Made by a program: the position numbers and the translations under genes | NCBI GenBank assembly: GCA_963788685.1 | Contig: CAWBHP010000016.1 | Location: 76,272 to 140,271 of the forward strand | Length of the DNA: 64,000 nucleotides | Source: an uncultured Chloroflexia bacterium | GTDB taxonomy: Bacteria; Chloroflexota; Limnocylindria; Limnocylindrales; CSP1-4 | Reading direction: 5' to 3' | Notes under the pieces: model-generated | Seen by the model: the letters and a program-made list of their open reading frames with translations, nothing else | The model's database searches: none | What the model was told of the DNA's origin: nothing | Shown here: one piece after another, positions 44,445-53,904 of the stretch | Layout: each line of letters opens with the position of its first letter | Position numbering within the stretch: position 1 is the stretch's first letter

Positions 44445-45713
44445 TCAGGCGGCCGGCGTCGGGGCCGCGATGACCTCCTTCGGTCCCTGAAGGCCACCGA
44501 CGGAAATCCGGGTCGCGAGTAGCACCGCGACGAAGCCGATCAGCGCTGCCGAGATGAAGATCGCGTGATAGTCGCCGAGGACGTCATGGAAGAAGCCGCC
44601 GAGGAACGCCGCGAGTGCGGCCCCGGCCATGTGGCTCGCGAAGATCCAGCCGTAGATCGTGCCAAGTGAGCCCCGGCCGTAGATGCGTGCGGTCAGATTC
44701 GCGGTCGGGGGCACGGTCGCGATCCAGTCGAGGCCGTAGACGACCGCGAAGAGGAACAACTGCGGGATGTTGAGGATCAGCGGCAGCGCGGCGATCGACA
44801 GCGCCCGGAAGCCGTAATAGACGGCAAGAAGCCGGCGATTGTCGTAGCGATCGGTGAGCCAGCCCGACGCGAGCGTGCCGACGATGTTCATCGTCCCCAT
44901 CAGCGCGACGGCGCCGGCAGCCGTGACCTCGGTGAAGCCGTGCTCGACGGCGTGAGGGATGAGGTGCGTCCCGATCAGGCCGTTCGACGTGTAGCCACAG
45001 ATGAAGAAGCTGCCGGCGAGGAGCCAGAAGTCCCGCGTCCGGGCGGCATCGCGGAGCGAGGTCGTTCGGACGGCTTCGCGTTGATCGGCGGCCTCAGCGG
45101 CGGCATCGCCGGTGGCGCCGAACGCCGCCTGGCCGACGTCCTCTGGCCGATCGCGCATGAGCAGCAGGACCGGCAGCAGCATGAGCCCGACGGCCGCAGT
45201 CAGGACCGCGACAGCCATCCGCCAGCCGCTGTCGAGGATGACTCCCTGGAGCGTCGGGATGAAGATCAGCTGGCCGGCCGATGAGGCCGCCGCGAACGCT
45301 CCAAGGATGATCCCGCGGTGGGTCCGGAACCAGCGTAGCGCGATCGTGGCGCCGAGGACATTCGTGACCGCGCCCGTTCCGACGCCCGTGACGATCCCCC
45401 AGAACAGGTGGAGCTGCCAGAGCTCGGTCATCAGGGCGAGGGGAATGAGGCCGCCGACGATGAGGACGAGGCCACCGAGCATGACCCGCTTCGGGCCGAA
45501 CCGGTCGATCAGGCCGCCGGAGAGCGGCGCACCGAGACCGAAGGCGAGGATGCTGACGGCGATCGCGAGGGAGATGCTGGCCCGGTCCCAGCCGAACTCG
45601 GCCTCGAGCGGCCGGATGAGCACGCCCGGCGCAGCACGTACGCCGGCTGCGGCGAGCAGGACGAGGAACGTGACGACGACGATGAGCCAGGCGTAGGGCA
45701 GCCGACGGAGCAT
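44445..45713 (-). CDS. MFS transporter
   Basis: MLRRLPYAWLIVVVTFLVLLAAAGV...12 predicted TM helices...GGLIDRFGPKRVMLGG (MFS loop 2-3 motif). Intact. ATG 45713 lies within ORF 44445..45791. Confidence 0.8.
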   Translation of the reverse strand: MLRRLPYAWLIVVVTFLVLLAAAGVRAAPGVLIRPLEAEFGWDRASISLAIAVSILAFGLGAPLSGGLIDRFGPKRVMLGGLVLIVGGLIPLALMTELWQLHLFWGIVTGVGTGAVTNVLGATIALRWFRTHRGIILGAFAAASSAGQLIFIPTLQGVILDSGWRMAVAVLTAAVGLMLLPVLLLMRDRPEDVGQAAFGATGDAAAEAADQREAVRTTSLRDAARTRDFWLLAGSFFICGYTSNGLIGTHLIPHAVEHGFTEVTAAGAVALMGTMNIVGTLASGWLTDRYDNRRLLAVYYGFRALSIAALPLILNIPQLFLFAVVYGLDWIATVPPTANLTARIYGRGSLGTIYGWIFASHMAGAALAAFLGGFFHDVLGDYHAIFISAALIGFVAVLLATRISVGGLQGPKEVIAAPTPAA

Positions 45714-45751
45714 GCCCGCGACTGTAGCGCGAACCCTCCGAATGCGAGCCG

Positions 45752-46543
45752 CTACCGGGGCGTGGCGTCGGGGTCGATCGGGCGGACCCATTCGTTACAA
45801 GACCAGCTCAGCGTCCCCGACAGGACGGCCGGGTAGCCATCGGGTGGAGCCTTGTCCGGTTCCGCGAATGCGATTCGGGTGAATTCGACGCGGCCGCTGC
45901 GGTCGCCGTCAATTCGATCTACAAAGTCGCCAGGTCCATCCCAGAACGGCGCCGAACCCTTGTCCTCGACGGAGGGTCGGATCCAGATGTGGACGACCGG
46001 TCGACCTTCTGGATCCCCGGCCAACACGGTCAACGACGCGCCGACGACGGCCGTCCCGACGCTCCCGACGACGTCCCCGCCGATGCCCGCGATTCCCTCC
46101 GCGTCCAGCTCCGACTGACATGTGGTGAGCGCATCGCCCCGGCTGGTGTAACCGTCCAGCCTGTCGATCGACACGCTCAACGTCCCCGGAGCCTCGAGGA
46201 CCACCGAGTCGTGGAACTCGGGCCGGAACGCCGGCTCGACGGCCCAACCGATTCCGACGCCGATGACAAATGCTGTGCCGGCGAAGAAGATCGATCGCGC
46301 GGCCGCGTGACCGCTCGTATCCCGCGATTTCGCAAGGATGGCGGCGACCACGGCCATCACCGCGAGGATGCTCCCGACGACAATCCCGCCGATGAGGGCG
46401 AAGAGCGAACCCATGCCGCCCTGGTTAACCCCGGACGCGATGGAACCGCCCAGATAGGCTCCGACGGCAAGAGCCAGCACGAGGCTAATCAGCATCGGCT
46501 TCGACATGCCCGTGGGCGGGCGATGAACAGTGACGGGGTCCAT
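45752..46543 (-). CDS. Membrane-anchored hypothetical protein
   Basis: Intact. Three N-terminal TM helices (PMLISLVLALAVGAYLGGSI; LFALIGGIVVGSILAVMAVVAAIL; IFFAGTAFVIGVGIGWAV) then a soluble ~170-aa domain. Start is 46543 or 46507. Confidence 0.5.
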   Translation of the reverse strand: MDPVTVHRPPTGMSKPMLISLVLALAVGAYLGGSIASGVNQGGMGSLFALIGGIVVGSILAVMAVVAAILAKSRDTSGHAAARSIFFAGTAFVIGVGIGWAVEPAFRPEFHDSVVLEAPGTLSVSIDRLDGYTSRGDALTTCQSELDAEGIAGIGGDVVGSVGTAVVGASLTVLAGDPEGRPVVHIWIRPSVEDKGSAPFWDGPGDFVDRIDGDRSGRVEFTRIAFAEPDKAPPDGYPAVLSGTLSWSCNEWVRPIDPDATPR

Positions 46544-46668
46544 GACAAGGGCTCCAGATTTGGGGTGTAGGCACCTAGGACGCGCGCCGCCGCGCGATGT
46601 CACGGCGCCAGGGTGTCGGCATGGCGACACGGTTGAGACGTCGCAAGCGGACGCTGCCGCGTGTCTCT

Positions 46669-47639
46669 CTATGCTCCAGCCGAGCCGGTGGCGCGGACGA
46701 AGAACTCGCCCATCCGTCGCACGTAATCACGCAGCTCCGGCGGCTCGAGACTCGAAGTCCGCGCCGACGCGGCGAGGACCATCGACCGGCCACTCGAGCG
46801 AGTCGACATTCATCCGCAGCCGGCACGAGCTGCTCGTCGATCGGCTCGACCGTGCCCCAGCGGCCGACGACGCGCTCGACGTCCGCGGCCGCGGTCCGGA
46901 TCGTCACGACGACCTGGTACTGCGTCGGCATCGACGCCAGAGCATCTGGCTGCACGAACGCGGCCGCGTCGCCGCCCGGGATCTCGCGCGGCTCGAACCG
47001 GTAGCGGCGTCGATCGCGGATCGGTCAGCCGATCGACGCGGAACGTCCGCCAGTCGCGCGCGGTCGACGTCCCAGGCGACGAGGTACCAGCGCCGCCCGA
47101 CCGTGACGAGCCGGTTCGGCTCGACGAGGCGGATCGCCGGGGCGCCGTCGCGGGCGGTGTAGCCGAAGCGCAGCCGCTCGTCGTCGCGGCAGGCCTGGGC
47201 GATGATCGTGAGCGCGTCGGCGTCGACGGTCGGTCCGCCGCCGAACACGGCGGGCACCGTGTAGTCCCCGAGCGCATCGATCTGGCGGCGGAGCCGCGGC
47301 GGCATCATCCGGATGATCTTGGTCAGGGCGCGGACCGAGGTCTCCTCGATCCCCTTCACGGCCCCGCCGGCGGCCTGGCGCAGACCGACCGCGATCGCGA
47401 CCGCCTCGTCGTCGTCGAGCAGGAGGGGCGGCAGCGCTCCTCCCGCCTCGAGCTGGTAGCCGCCCGCGACGCCGCGGCTTGCGTCGACCGGATAGCCCAG
47501 CTCCCGAAGCCGGTCGACGTCGCGCCGGACGGTCCGCTCGCTCACCTCGAGTCGGTCGGCCAGCTCGCTCGCCCGTCCAGTACCGATGCGTCTGCAGGAG
47601 CGAGAGCAGCCGCAGCATCCGTGTGCTCGTGTTCGCCAT
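46669..47639 (-). CDS. HTH + WYL domain transcriptional regulator (YafY-like); about 3 frame breaks
   Basis: MANTSTRMLRLLSLLQTHRYWTG | ELADRLEVSERTVRRDVDRLRELGYPVDASRGVAGGYQL...RLRFGYTARDGAPAIRLVEPNRLVTVGRRWYLVAWD | WRTFRVDRL | ...PTQYQVVVTIRTAAADVERVVGRWGTVEP | ELRDYVRRMGEFFVRATGSAGA* (stop 46669-46671). Confidence 0.75.
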
Positions 47640-47658
47640 GGCTCGAACCTTCGCTCGT

Positions 47659-47683
47659 ATTGCGGACAGAAACTGTCCGCAAT
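47659..47683. promoter_or_regulatory. Perfect 25-bp palindrome (ATTGCGGACAG-aaa-CTGTCCGCAAT), candidate operator between the WYL regulator and the ABC exporter genes
   Basis: 11-bp arms are exact reverse complements. It lies 20 nt upstream of the regulator ATG (47639) and 52 nt upstream of the ABC GTG (47735). Confidence 0.6.
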
Positions 47684-47734
47684 GGATCATAGCGTCTGAG
47701 TCGACAGGCAAGCAACCCATGAGCGAGGTGCACG

Positions 47735-48750
47735 GTGATCCATGCAGAAGGACTGACCCGGGAGTTCCGGGTCGGGAAGGAAACGGTTCAGGCAGTCCGC
47801 GGCCTGGACCTCGACGTCGAGGAGGGCGAGCTCGTGGCCTTCCTCGGGCCGAACGGGGCGGGGAAATCGACGAGCCTGCGGATGCTCACGACGCTGCTGC
47901 GTCCCGACATCCGGGACGGCGACGGTCGCGGGCTTCGACGTCGTGGCCGAGCCGGCGTCGGTCCGGCAGCGGATCGGCTACGTCGGGCAGGGCCACGGCG
48001 CGGCCGACGACCAGCGGGTCCGCGACGAGGTCGTCACGCAGGGCCGCGGCTACGGGATGAGCCGCGTCGATGCGGCGGCCCGGGCCGACGAGCTGATCGA
48101 ATCGCTCGAGCTGACGTCGCTCGCAAAGCGCAAGGCCTCCACCCTGTCCGGCGGCCAGCGGCGGCGACTCGACGTCGCGATCGGCATGGTCCACGCCCCG
48201 CGGCTGCTGTTCCTCGACGAGCCCTCGACCGGACTGGATCCGCAGAGCCGGGCGAACCTCTGGGAGCACCTCGTCCGGCTGCGCGAGGAGCACGGGACGA
48301 CGATCTTCCTCACGACCCACTACCTCGAGGAGGCCGATGCGATGGCCGAGCGGGTCCTCGTCATCGATGAGGGCCGGGTCATCGCCGACGGCACGCCGGA
48401 GGAGCTGAAGGCCGGGATGGCCGGCGACCTCATCACGATCGGCACGAGCAGTCCGGCCGATGCGGCGCGTGCCGCGATGGTGGCGGGGCGGCTGGACTCG
48501 CCGCGCGAGATCACGATCGATGGCTCGACCGTCCGACTCCGGACCGTCGGCGGCGCGACGGCGCTGCCCGGGCTTCTGCGGGCGCTCGATGCCGTCGGCA
48601 TCAACGCCGTCAGCGCCGAGGTCAAGCGACCCACGCTCGACGACGTCTTCCTCGAGCTCACCGGCCGCAGCCTCCGCGACGCGGGCGACATCGTGGCCGA
48701 ATTCAATCAAGCCCAACCCAGACCGCTGAGACCCTGGAGGTCGCGTCATG
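47735..48750 (+). CDS. ABC transporter ATP-binding protein (DrrA/ABC-2 exporter type); about 2 frame breaks (47903-47905, ~48700)
   Basis: Walker A GPNGAGKSTSLRML. Removing one C at 47903-47905 restores LLRPTSGTATVAGFDVVAEP. Signature LSGGQRRRLDVA. Walker B LLFLDEPSTGLD. The proposed stop overlaps the permease ATG (ATGA at 48747-48750). Confidence 0.85.
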
Positions 48751-49505
48751 ATGCTCGCCAACCACACCGGGATCGTCCTGGGTCGCCAGCTCCGCCCGAT
48801 GTCGCGTGACCCATTCACGTTGATCTTCGGGGTGCTCCAGCCGATCGTCTTCCTGGCGCTGTACGGGCCGCTCCTCGTCGGCATGGCGGGTGCCGGCGGC
48901 GAGTCGCCATGGCAGTGGTTCGTGCCCGGGATCATCGTGATGGTCAGCCTGTTCGGGACGTCCGTCGCGGGCGCGTACCTGCTCGAGGAGCTCCGCGTCG
49001 GCTCGTTCGAGCGGTTCCTCGTCACGCCGCTCGATCGCTCGTCGCTGCTGATCGGTCGGGCGCTGAAGGAGGTCGTGCCCGCTGACGCTGCAGGCGATCC
49101 TCATCGTCGTGATCGTGACGCCGTTCGGCTTCCAGCTGCACCCGGTCGGGGTCATCGTCGGGCCTGCTGATCCTGGGCACGTTCGGGGTCGGCCTCGGCG
49201 CGCTGTCGCACTCGCTGGCGATGGCCGTCAAGCGCCAGGAGTACCTGTTCTGGCTGGTCCAGCAGACGCTCCTGTTTCCGTTGCTCCTGCTGTCCGGCAT
49301 CCTCCTGCCGCTGGAGTTCGCGCCCGGCTGGCTCCAGGCGCTCTCGCGCCTCAACCCGCTGACCTACGTCGTCGAGGCGGAGCGAGCGCTGTTCGCCGGT
49401 GACTTCGCCGAACCGTCGATCGTCGTCGGGGCGGCCGTGGCGGTGGGCCTGGCGATCGTGGGGTTGGCCGTCGGGACGCGGATGATGCGGCGCGCGGCCG
49501 CGTAA
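48748..49505 (+). CDS. ABC-2 type transporter permease; one frame break near 49080
   Basis: MMLANHTGIVLGRQLRPMSRDPFTLIFGVLQPIVFLALYGPLL...FERFLVTPLDRSSLLIGRALKEV | TLQAILIVVIVTPFGF... | LAMAVKRQEYLFWLVQQTLLFPLLLLSGILLPLEFAPGWLQALSRLNPLTYVVEA. Confidence 0.8.
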
Positions 49506-49512
49506 CAAGGCG

Positions 49513-49539
49513 GGCGGCCGGCGGGAGATCCGTCGGCCG
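49513..49539 (+). terminator. GC-rich stem-loop just after the ABC-2 permease stop (no U-tract)
   Basis: GCGGCCGGCGG-gagat-CCGTCGGCCGC: 11-bp stem with one G.U pair, starting 8 nt after the TAA at 49503-49505. Confidence 0.4.
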
Positions 49540-49711
49540 CGCGTGCCGTGGTCAGGTGGCGACGATCGCGTTCCAGGCTGGGTGCCGCTCAAGCCGCCGC
49601 CACATCTCGGCTGCGGTTCCCCTCTGCACCGGGATTCGAGCCTAGGCGTTGTCTATTGGCCCCATTCATGAGTACCATCGCGGCGCGCGTGCGGTCTCGG
49701 GGGCGAAGCAA

Positions 49712-50701
49712 ATGCAGCACAAGACCATCGATTCGGAATTGGGAGTCGAGACGACCGGCCCCTCGCCCGATGGCGGGGTCGAGACGGCGGACCCGATGGA
49801 CGATACGGTTGCGTCCGTTTCACCGGCAGCGGCGTCAGACGATCAGCCCGAAGCTGCGTCGCCTCCCGGCGAGGATCACGCCGAACCAGTCGAAGTCGGA
49901 CGGGTTCCGATGTTCCTCCACGAGATCGCCCGTACGATGCAGGCGGCCGCCGACCGGGAGCGCGAGCAGATTGCCGCCGAAATGGCGGATAGCCTCAGCG
50001 CCCATGTCGAAAGGGTCCGATCTCGAGCATCGACCGAGGCCGAGGAGCTCAAGCGGCTCGCGGAAGAGGACGTTAATCACATTCGCGAGTGGTCAGCGGT
50101 CGAGGCCGAGCGACTCCGCCAGGAAACTGATGGCCGGATCGGCGCACGCCGGGAAAATCTCGATCGAGACCTCCGCCAGCACGACACGCTGGTTGAGCGC
50201 GAGATTTCCCAGGCCGGGGTCGCGGTCGCGGAGTATCGGGGCGAGCTGGATCGCTTTGTTGGTCGCCTGGCCAGCGAACGGGAACCAACCGAAATTGCGC
50301 GCTTGGCGAGCCTGCTGCCAGAACCACCTAGCGTCGAAGAGATCGCGTCAGCGGCACGGGCTGATGCGATCGCACAATTGGCGCGCTCGGAGGCGGCCAC
50401 CAATTCGACCGCCGCGGGACCTGATCTCCTTGGCGTCATGGACCCCAGCGTCATTAGCCGTACCGCTGGTCCCAAGGCTCAGGAGGCCGCATCCGCTCCG
50501 GCCGCCAACGCCAGCCCTGATGGCGAACAAGTCGGCCAAGAACGACGCCTGGGAATCCTTGGTGCCCGAAACAGAACCGACCTGGTCGTACGACTGGTGC
50601 TGGTCATCGCCGTCGCGGTCCTCGTCGTTACTCTGGTGCTGCTGATGGTGACCGGTCAGCCTCAAGCGGCGTCCAGCAATAGCCTGTCGCGAAGCATCTG
50701 A
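49712..50701 (+). CDS. Tail-anchored coiled-coil hypothetical protein
   Basis: Intact ORF (track start 49649; first ATG 49712). Acidic N-terminus. Long Arg/Glu-rich helical region (REREQIAAEMADSLSAHVERVRSRASTEAEELKRLAEEDVNHIREWSAVEAERLRQE...). Single C-terminal TM (VVRLVLVIAVAVLVVTLVLLMV). Confidence 0.55.
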   Translation: MQHKTIDSELGVETTGPSPDGGVETADPMDDTVASVSPAAASDDQPEAASPPGEDHAEPVEVGRVPMFLHEIARTMQAAADREREQIAAEMADSLSAHVERVRSRASTEAEELKRLAEEDVNHIREWSAVEAERLRQETDGRIGARRENLDRDLRQHDTLVEREISQAGVAVAEYRGELDRFVGRLASEREPTEIARLASLLPEPPSVEEIASAARADAIAQLARSEAATNSTAAGPDLLGVMDPSVISRTAGPKAQEAASAPAANASPDGEQVGQERRLGILGARNRTDLVVRLVLVIAVAVLVVTLVLLMVTGQPQAASSNSLSRSI

Positions 50702-50732
50702 TGCGTGACAGCGGCGCTGCGGCGGCGTCGCG

Positions 50733-52430
50733 ATGGTAGCGAAGTCGGCCGCCGCATCGGCGTCTCCGGCCTTGGCCGGGGATCCCATCCAGCTTCGTCA
50801 ATTCGTCCAGTGGCTGGCGGCCGTCGCGTTTGCTTTTGCCAGTGCCAGCGTGGTCGCGTACATCGACGTGCACGATCCCGCGATCGCTGCGATCGCCCTG
50901 GTCAACGCGGGCTTCGGCTGCTGCCTGCTCCTCGTCGGCTATCTCGGTGTTGGAACGCGTATCACGGCCGCGGCCGGCCTTGCCGTCGCCCTGGGCTTCC
51001 TGGTAATAGCGTTGGCGATCGCGGTCGCCCTGCCCGAAGGCATGACGGCACTGGCGGTTCTGCCGATGTTGGCGGTCGCCGTCGCCCTGCGGGCGCCCGA
51101 CCCGCGCGTACTACTTCGGCTGCTCGTCGTCGGAGGAGCGGCGGGACTCCTCCTGGGAGTCGTGGGCGAGATCGCCCAACGCCAGTCGGCGTTCTCGGTT
51201 GGCTTGGGCCTGCTACGCGTTGGCGGGCAGGCAATGGCCGTGGTCCTGGTCATCTACTCGCTCTGGCAGTTCAGCGGCCTCCTGCGCCACTCACTCGACC
51301 GGGTCAGGGAGGCGAACGCGGCCCTGCAGGAGGCGCAGGGCGGCCTGACGTCGGCCAACGAAGTGCTCCGCCGCCACGTGTCCCAGCTCGAGTTGCGCAA
51401 TCGGGAGATGACCCGGCTGGTCGAGTTGGGCGAGTTGCTCTCGTCGTCCCACACGAGCGCGGAAATGGCGGCGGTGATCTCGCGGCTCGTTCCACCGCTG
51501 TTTGCCGGGGATGCCGGCGCGTTCTACGAGCTCGGCGGCGGCAGCGTTGCGGTGGAGGCGGTGGCGGTATGGGGCGACCCACCGCCGGCTCGGCTGGTCT
51601 TCTCGCCGACTGAATGCTGGGCGCTCCGGCGGGGGCGCGTCCACGTCATGGACGGTTCCGCTTCCGAGCTCCGCTGCCCGCACGTCGAGGAGGCAACTCC
51701 GGAAGGCGCCATCTGCGCTCCGCTGGCGGCCGAAGGCGAGTCCCTGGGTGTCCTTCACCTTCAGCTCCGGCGGATTGTTCCGGAGCGGCAGCGAGCCGCG
51801 CTCCTCGCGGACCGCGGGCGTCTGATCCGGACCCTTGCCGAGCAGCTCGAGCTCGCGCTGGCGAATTTCCGGTTGCGAGAGACGCTACGCGAGCAATCCG
51901 CCCGCGATCAGCTGACGGGCTTGTTCAATCGCCGCTACATGGAGGAATCGCTGGTTCGCGAGCTTCGGCGGGCGAGCCGCGAGCACTACAGCCTGGGACT
52001 GTTGATGATGGACCTCGACCACTTCAAGGATCTCAATGACGGCTACGGCCACTCGGCAGGCGATCTGATGCTGCGCGCGGTGGGTGATTTCCTGGGGACC
52101 TCGGTGCGCGGCGACGACGTGGCCTGCCGGTACGGCGGCGAGGAATTCGTCGTGATCCTCCCTCGGGCCTCGCTGGAGAACACGCGCCGGAGGGCGGAAG
52201 CGCTCCGTGAGGGGATGAAGGGCCTGCAGTTCGAACCGTCGGGGCCTCTCATGCCGAACGTGACCATGTCGGTCGGGGTCGCCTGCTCGCCGGAGCACGG
52301 CGAGACCCCCGAACAGCTCATCCACGCTGCCGATGTCGCCCTCTATCGCGCCAAGGCACGAGGTCGGGATCGGGTGGTGGTGGCGAGTGACGGCGACGTT
52401 CGCGAGATTGAGGTGTTCGCGGAGGGCTGA
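50733..52430 (+). CDS. Diguanylate cyclase: multi-TM N-terminal domain, coiled coil, GAF-like domain and GGDEF domain
   Basis: Intact 565 aa. About 6 TM helices. DQLTGLFNRRYMEESL...LMMDLDHFKDLNDGYGHSAGDLMLR...RYGGEEFVVILP (GGEEF active site)...ADVALYRAKARGRDRVV. Confidence 0.88.
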   Translation: MVAKSAAASASPALAGDPIQLRQFVQWLAAVAFAFASASVVAYIDVHDPAIAAIALVNAGFGCCLLLVGYLGVGTRITAAAGLAVALGFLVIALAIAVALPEGMTALAVLPMLAVAVALRAPDPRVLLRLLVVGGAAGLLLGVVGEIAQRQSAFSVGLGLLRVGGQAMAVVLVIYSLWQFSGLLRHSLDRVREANAALQEAQGGLTSANEVLRRHVSQLELRNREMTRLVELGELLSSSHTSAEMAAVISRLVPPLFAGDAGAFYELGGGSVAVEAVAVWGDPPPARLVFSPTECWALRRGRVHVMDGSASELRCPHVEEATPEGAICAPLAAEGESLGVLHLQLRRIVPERQRAALLADRGRLIRTLAEQLELALANFRLRETLREQSARDQLTGLFNRRYMEESLVRELRRASREHYSLGLLMMDLDHFKDLNDGYGHSAGDLMLRAVGDFLGTSVRGDDVACRYGGEEFVVILPRASLENTRRRAEALREGMKGLQFEPSGPLMPNVTMSVGVACSPEHGETPEQLIHAADVALYRAKARGRDRVVVASDGDVREIEVFAEG

Positions 52431-52440
52431 GGGGCTACGT

Positions 52441-53146
52441 TCACCCGCCCTGGAGGATGAGGCCGACCCCCAGCGCGATCAGCCAGATCGACCAGGCGAT
52501 GTAGGCGATCGGGATGATCGTGCCGGCCAAGGCCCAGCCACGTTCCTCGTTCGGGCCGACGAACTCGAGCGTTCCGACCAGCAGCGCCAGCCCGATCGGG
52601 ATGCCGATAAGCCCGAGCCAGCCGGGCAGCACGGCGGTCGAGACGATCGAGCCCGCGACGAGCAGCGTCCAGATGCCCGTGAGCAGGTAGCCGAGGTGCT
52701 CGCCGATGCCCACGCCGAGGAGCCGGTGGAGCGTCGCGAAGGTCACCTCGATTGCGCCCCGCGTCGCTTCGGCATCCGGTCCCTCGGCGGCGACGTACCG
52801 ACGGGCAAGCTCCGGCACCGCGAACGGCCAGCGCACGAGACCGAGGGCCTGCACGAGGGCCGCCGCCGAACCGATGACGATCGAGGCGACGGTCAGCGGT
52901 GCCGGAGCGCCGAGCGCGACCGCGAGTAGCGCCACCAGGGGCAGCATCGCGAGGGCGCTCAGGAGGAGAGCTTCCCAGCGCAGGATCAGTCCCGAGCCCC
53001 CCGGCGGCGAAGCGCCGCAGGATCTCGTCCGGCTCCTTGCGGAGGATGTTCGGGTAGTCGAACGCCCGGCCGAGCTCGAAGAAGGCGACGTTGAAGGCGA
53101 TCGGGACCGCGATCAGCAAGACCGCGGTCAGGACCTCGGCTGTCAC
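52441..53146 (-). CDS. DUF4386-like integral membrane protein; one frame break near 52975
   Basis: VTAEVLTAVLLIAVPIAFNVAFFELGRAFDYPNILRKEPDEILRRFAAGG | ...MLPLVALLAVALGAP...GYLLTGIWTLLVAGSIV...IIPIAYIAWSIWLIALGVGLIL. GTG 53146 overlaps the upstream stop (GTGA). The family call is tentative. Confidence 0.55.
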
Positions 53147-53734
53147 GCCGCCGAGACGGCGCCCGTCTCTCCGCTAGAGAGGACCTTCCAGAGAACGACG
53201 CCCGTGATGATCTGCGAGACGAGGGCCCCGCTCAGACCGTAGACGGGCCAACCGGAAGCAAGAGCCACGCCGATGCCGGAGGTGACGGTCCAGCCGACCG
53301 CCCAGGCGACGCCTGAGGCAACGACCCACAACCAGGCATTGGCGACCCGTTCCCGCATCAGCAAGTGCGGCCTGCCCGGCGCCGAGGGCCAGCCCCGAGA
53401 TGGCACCTAGCACGATTGCCTCGGTCTGGGTCTCGATCTGGCCGATCACCGCAGTGACCGCGGCGAGGGCCACGCCGAGTCCGATCGCGGTCGCTCCCGC
53501 CCAGAGCGCCAGGGCCTGCGGCCGAACGAGCCCCAGCGCAACCGCCTGGCCGGCGCCGATGATCGCCCCTGCGATGAGGCCGGAGATCAGCGCCGCGGGC
53601 ACTGTCGCCGCAGGCCCGCCGATGAGGTGTCCGATGAAGCCGCCGATCGGGAAGCCGATGATGGCGACGATCCAGCGCAGCAGAAGTGATCGTCCGGCTC
53701 CGGAAAGGGCGGGCACGCCCGATGTGGTTGACAC
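53143..53734 (-). CDS. Integral membrane protein, Gly/Ala-rich TM helices; one frame break near 53390
   Basis: GTG 53734 with GAGGAG 7 nt upstream. LLLRWIVAIIGFPIGGFIGHLIGGPAATVPAALISGLIAGAIIGAGQAVALG... | ...ANAWLWVVASGVAWAVGWTVTSGIGVALASGWPVYGLSGALVSQIITGVVLW. Confidence 0.5.
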
Positions 53735-53904
53735 GGTCTGACTCCTCTTCGGGCGCCCCGGCCCCGCTCGCGTGAAGTCATCAGCCGGCGCGCGAACTCC
53801 TGACGGGTGGACCGCGCGCGGGCTGGTAGGGACAAGGCCCAATGCCTCGCGGCCGAGATTGTGCGCCGCTATCTATCCGGTGGCAATGCGCGCACACTCC
53901 CGAT

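Noticed and set aside
46669-49505. WYL regulator as a marker of a phage-defence island
   Set aside because: The neighbours are a DrrAB-type ABC-2 exporter, an MFS transporter and membrane proteins. No nuclease, helicase, methyltransferase, Cas, TIR or other defence-type genes are nearby.
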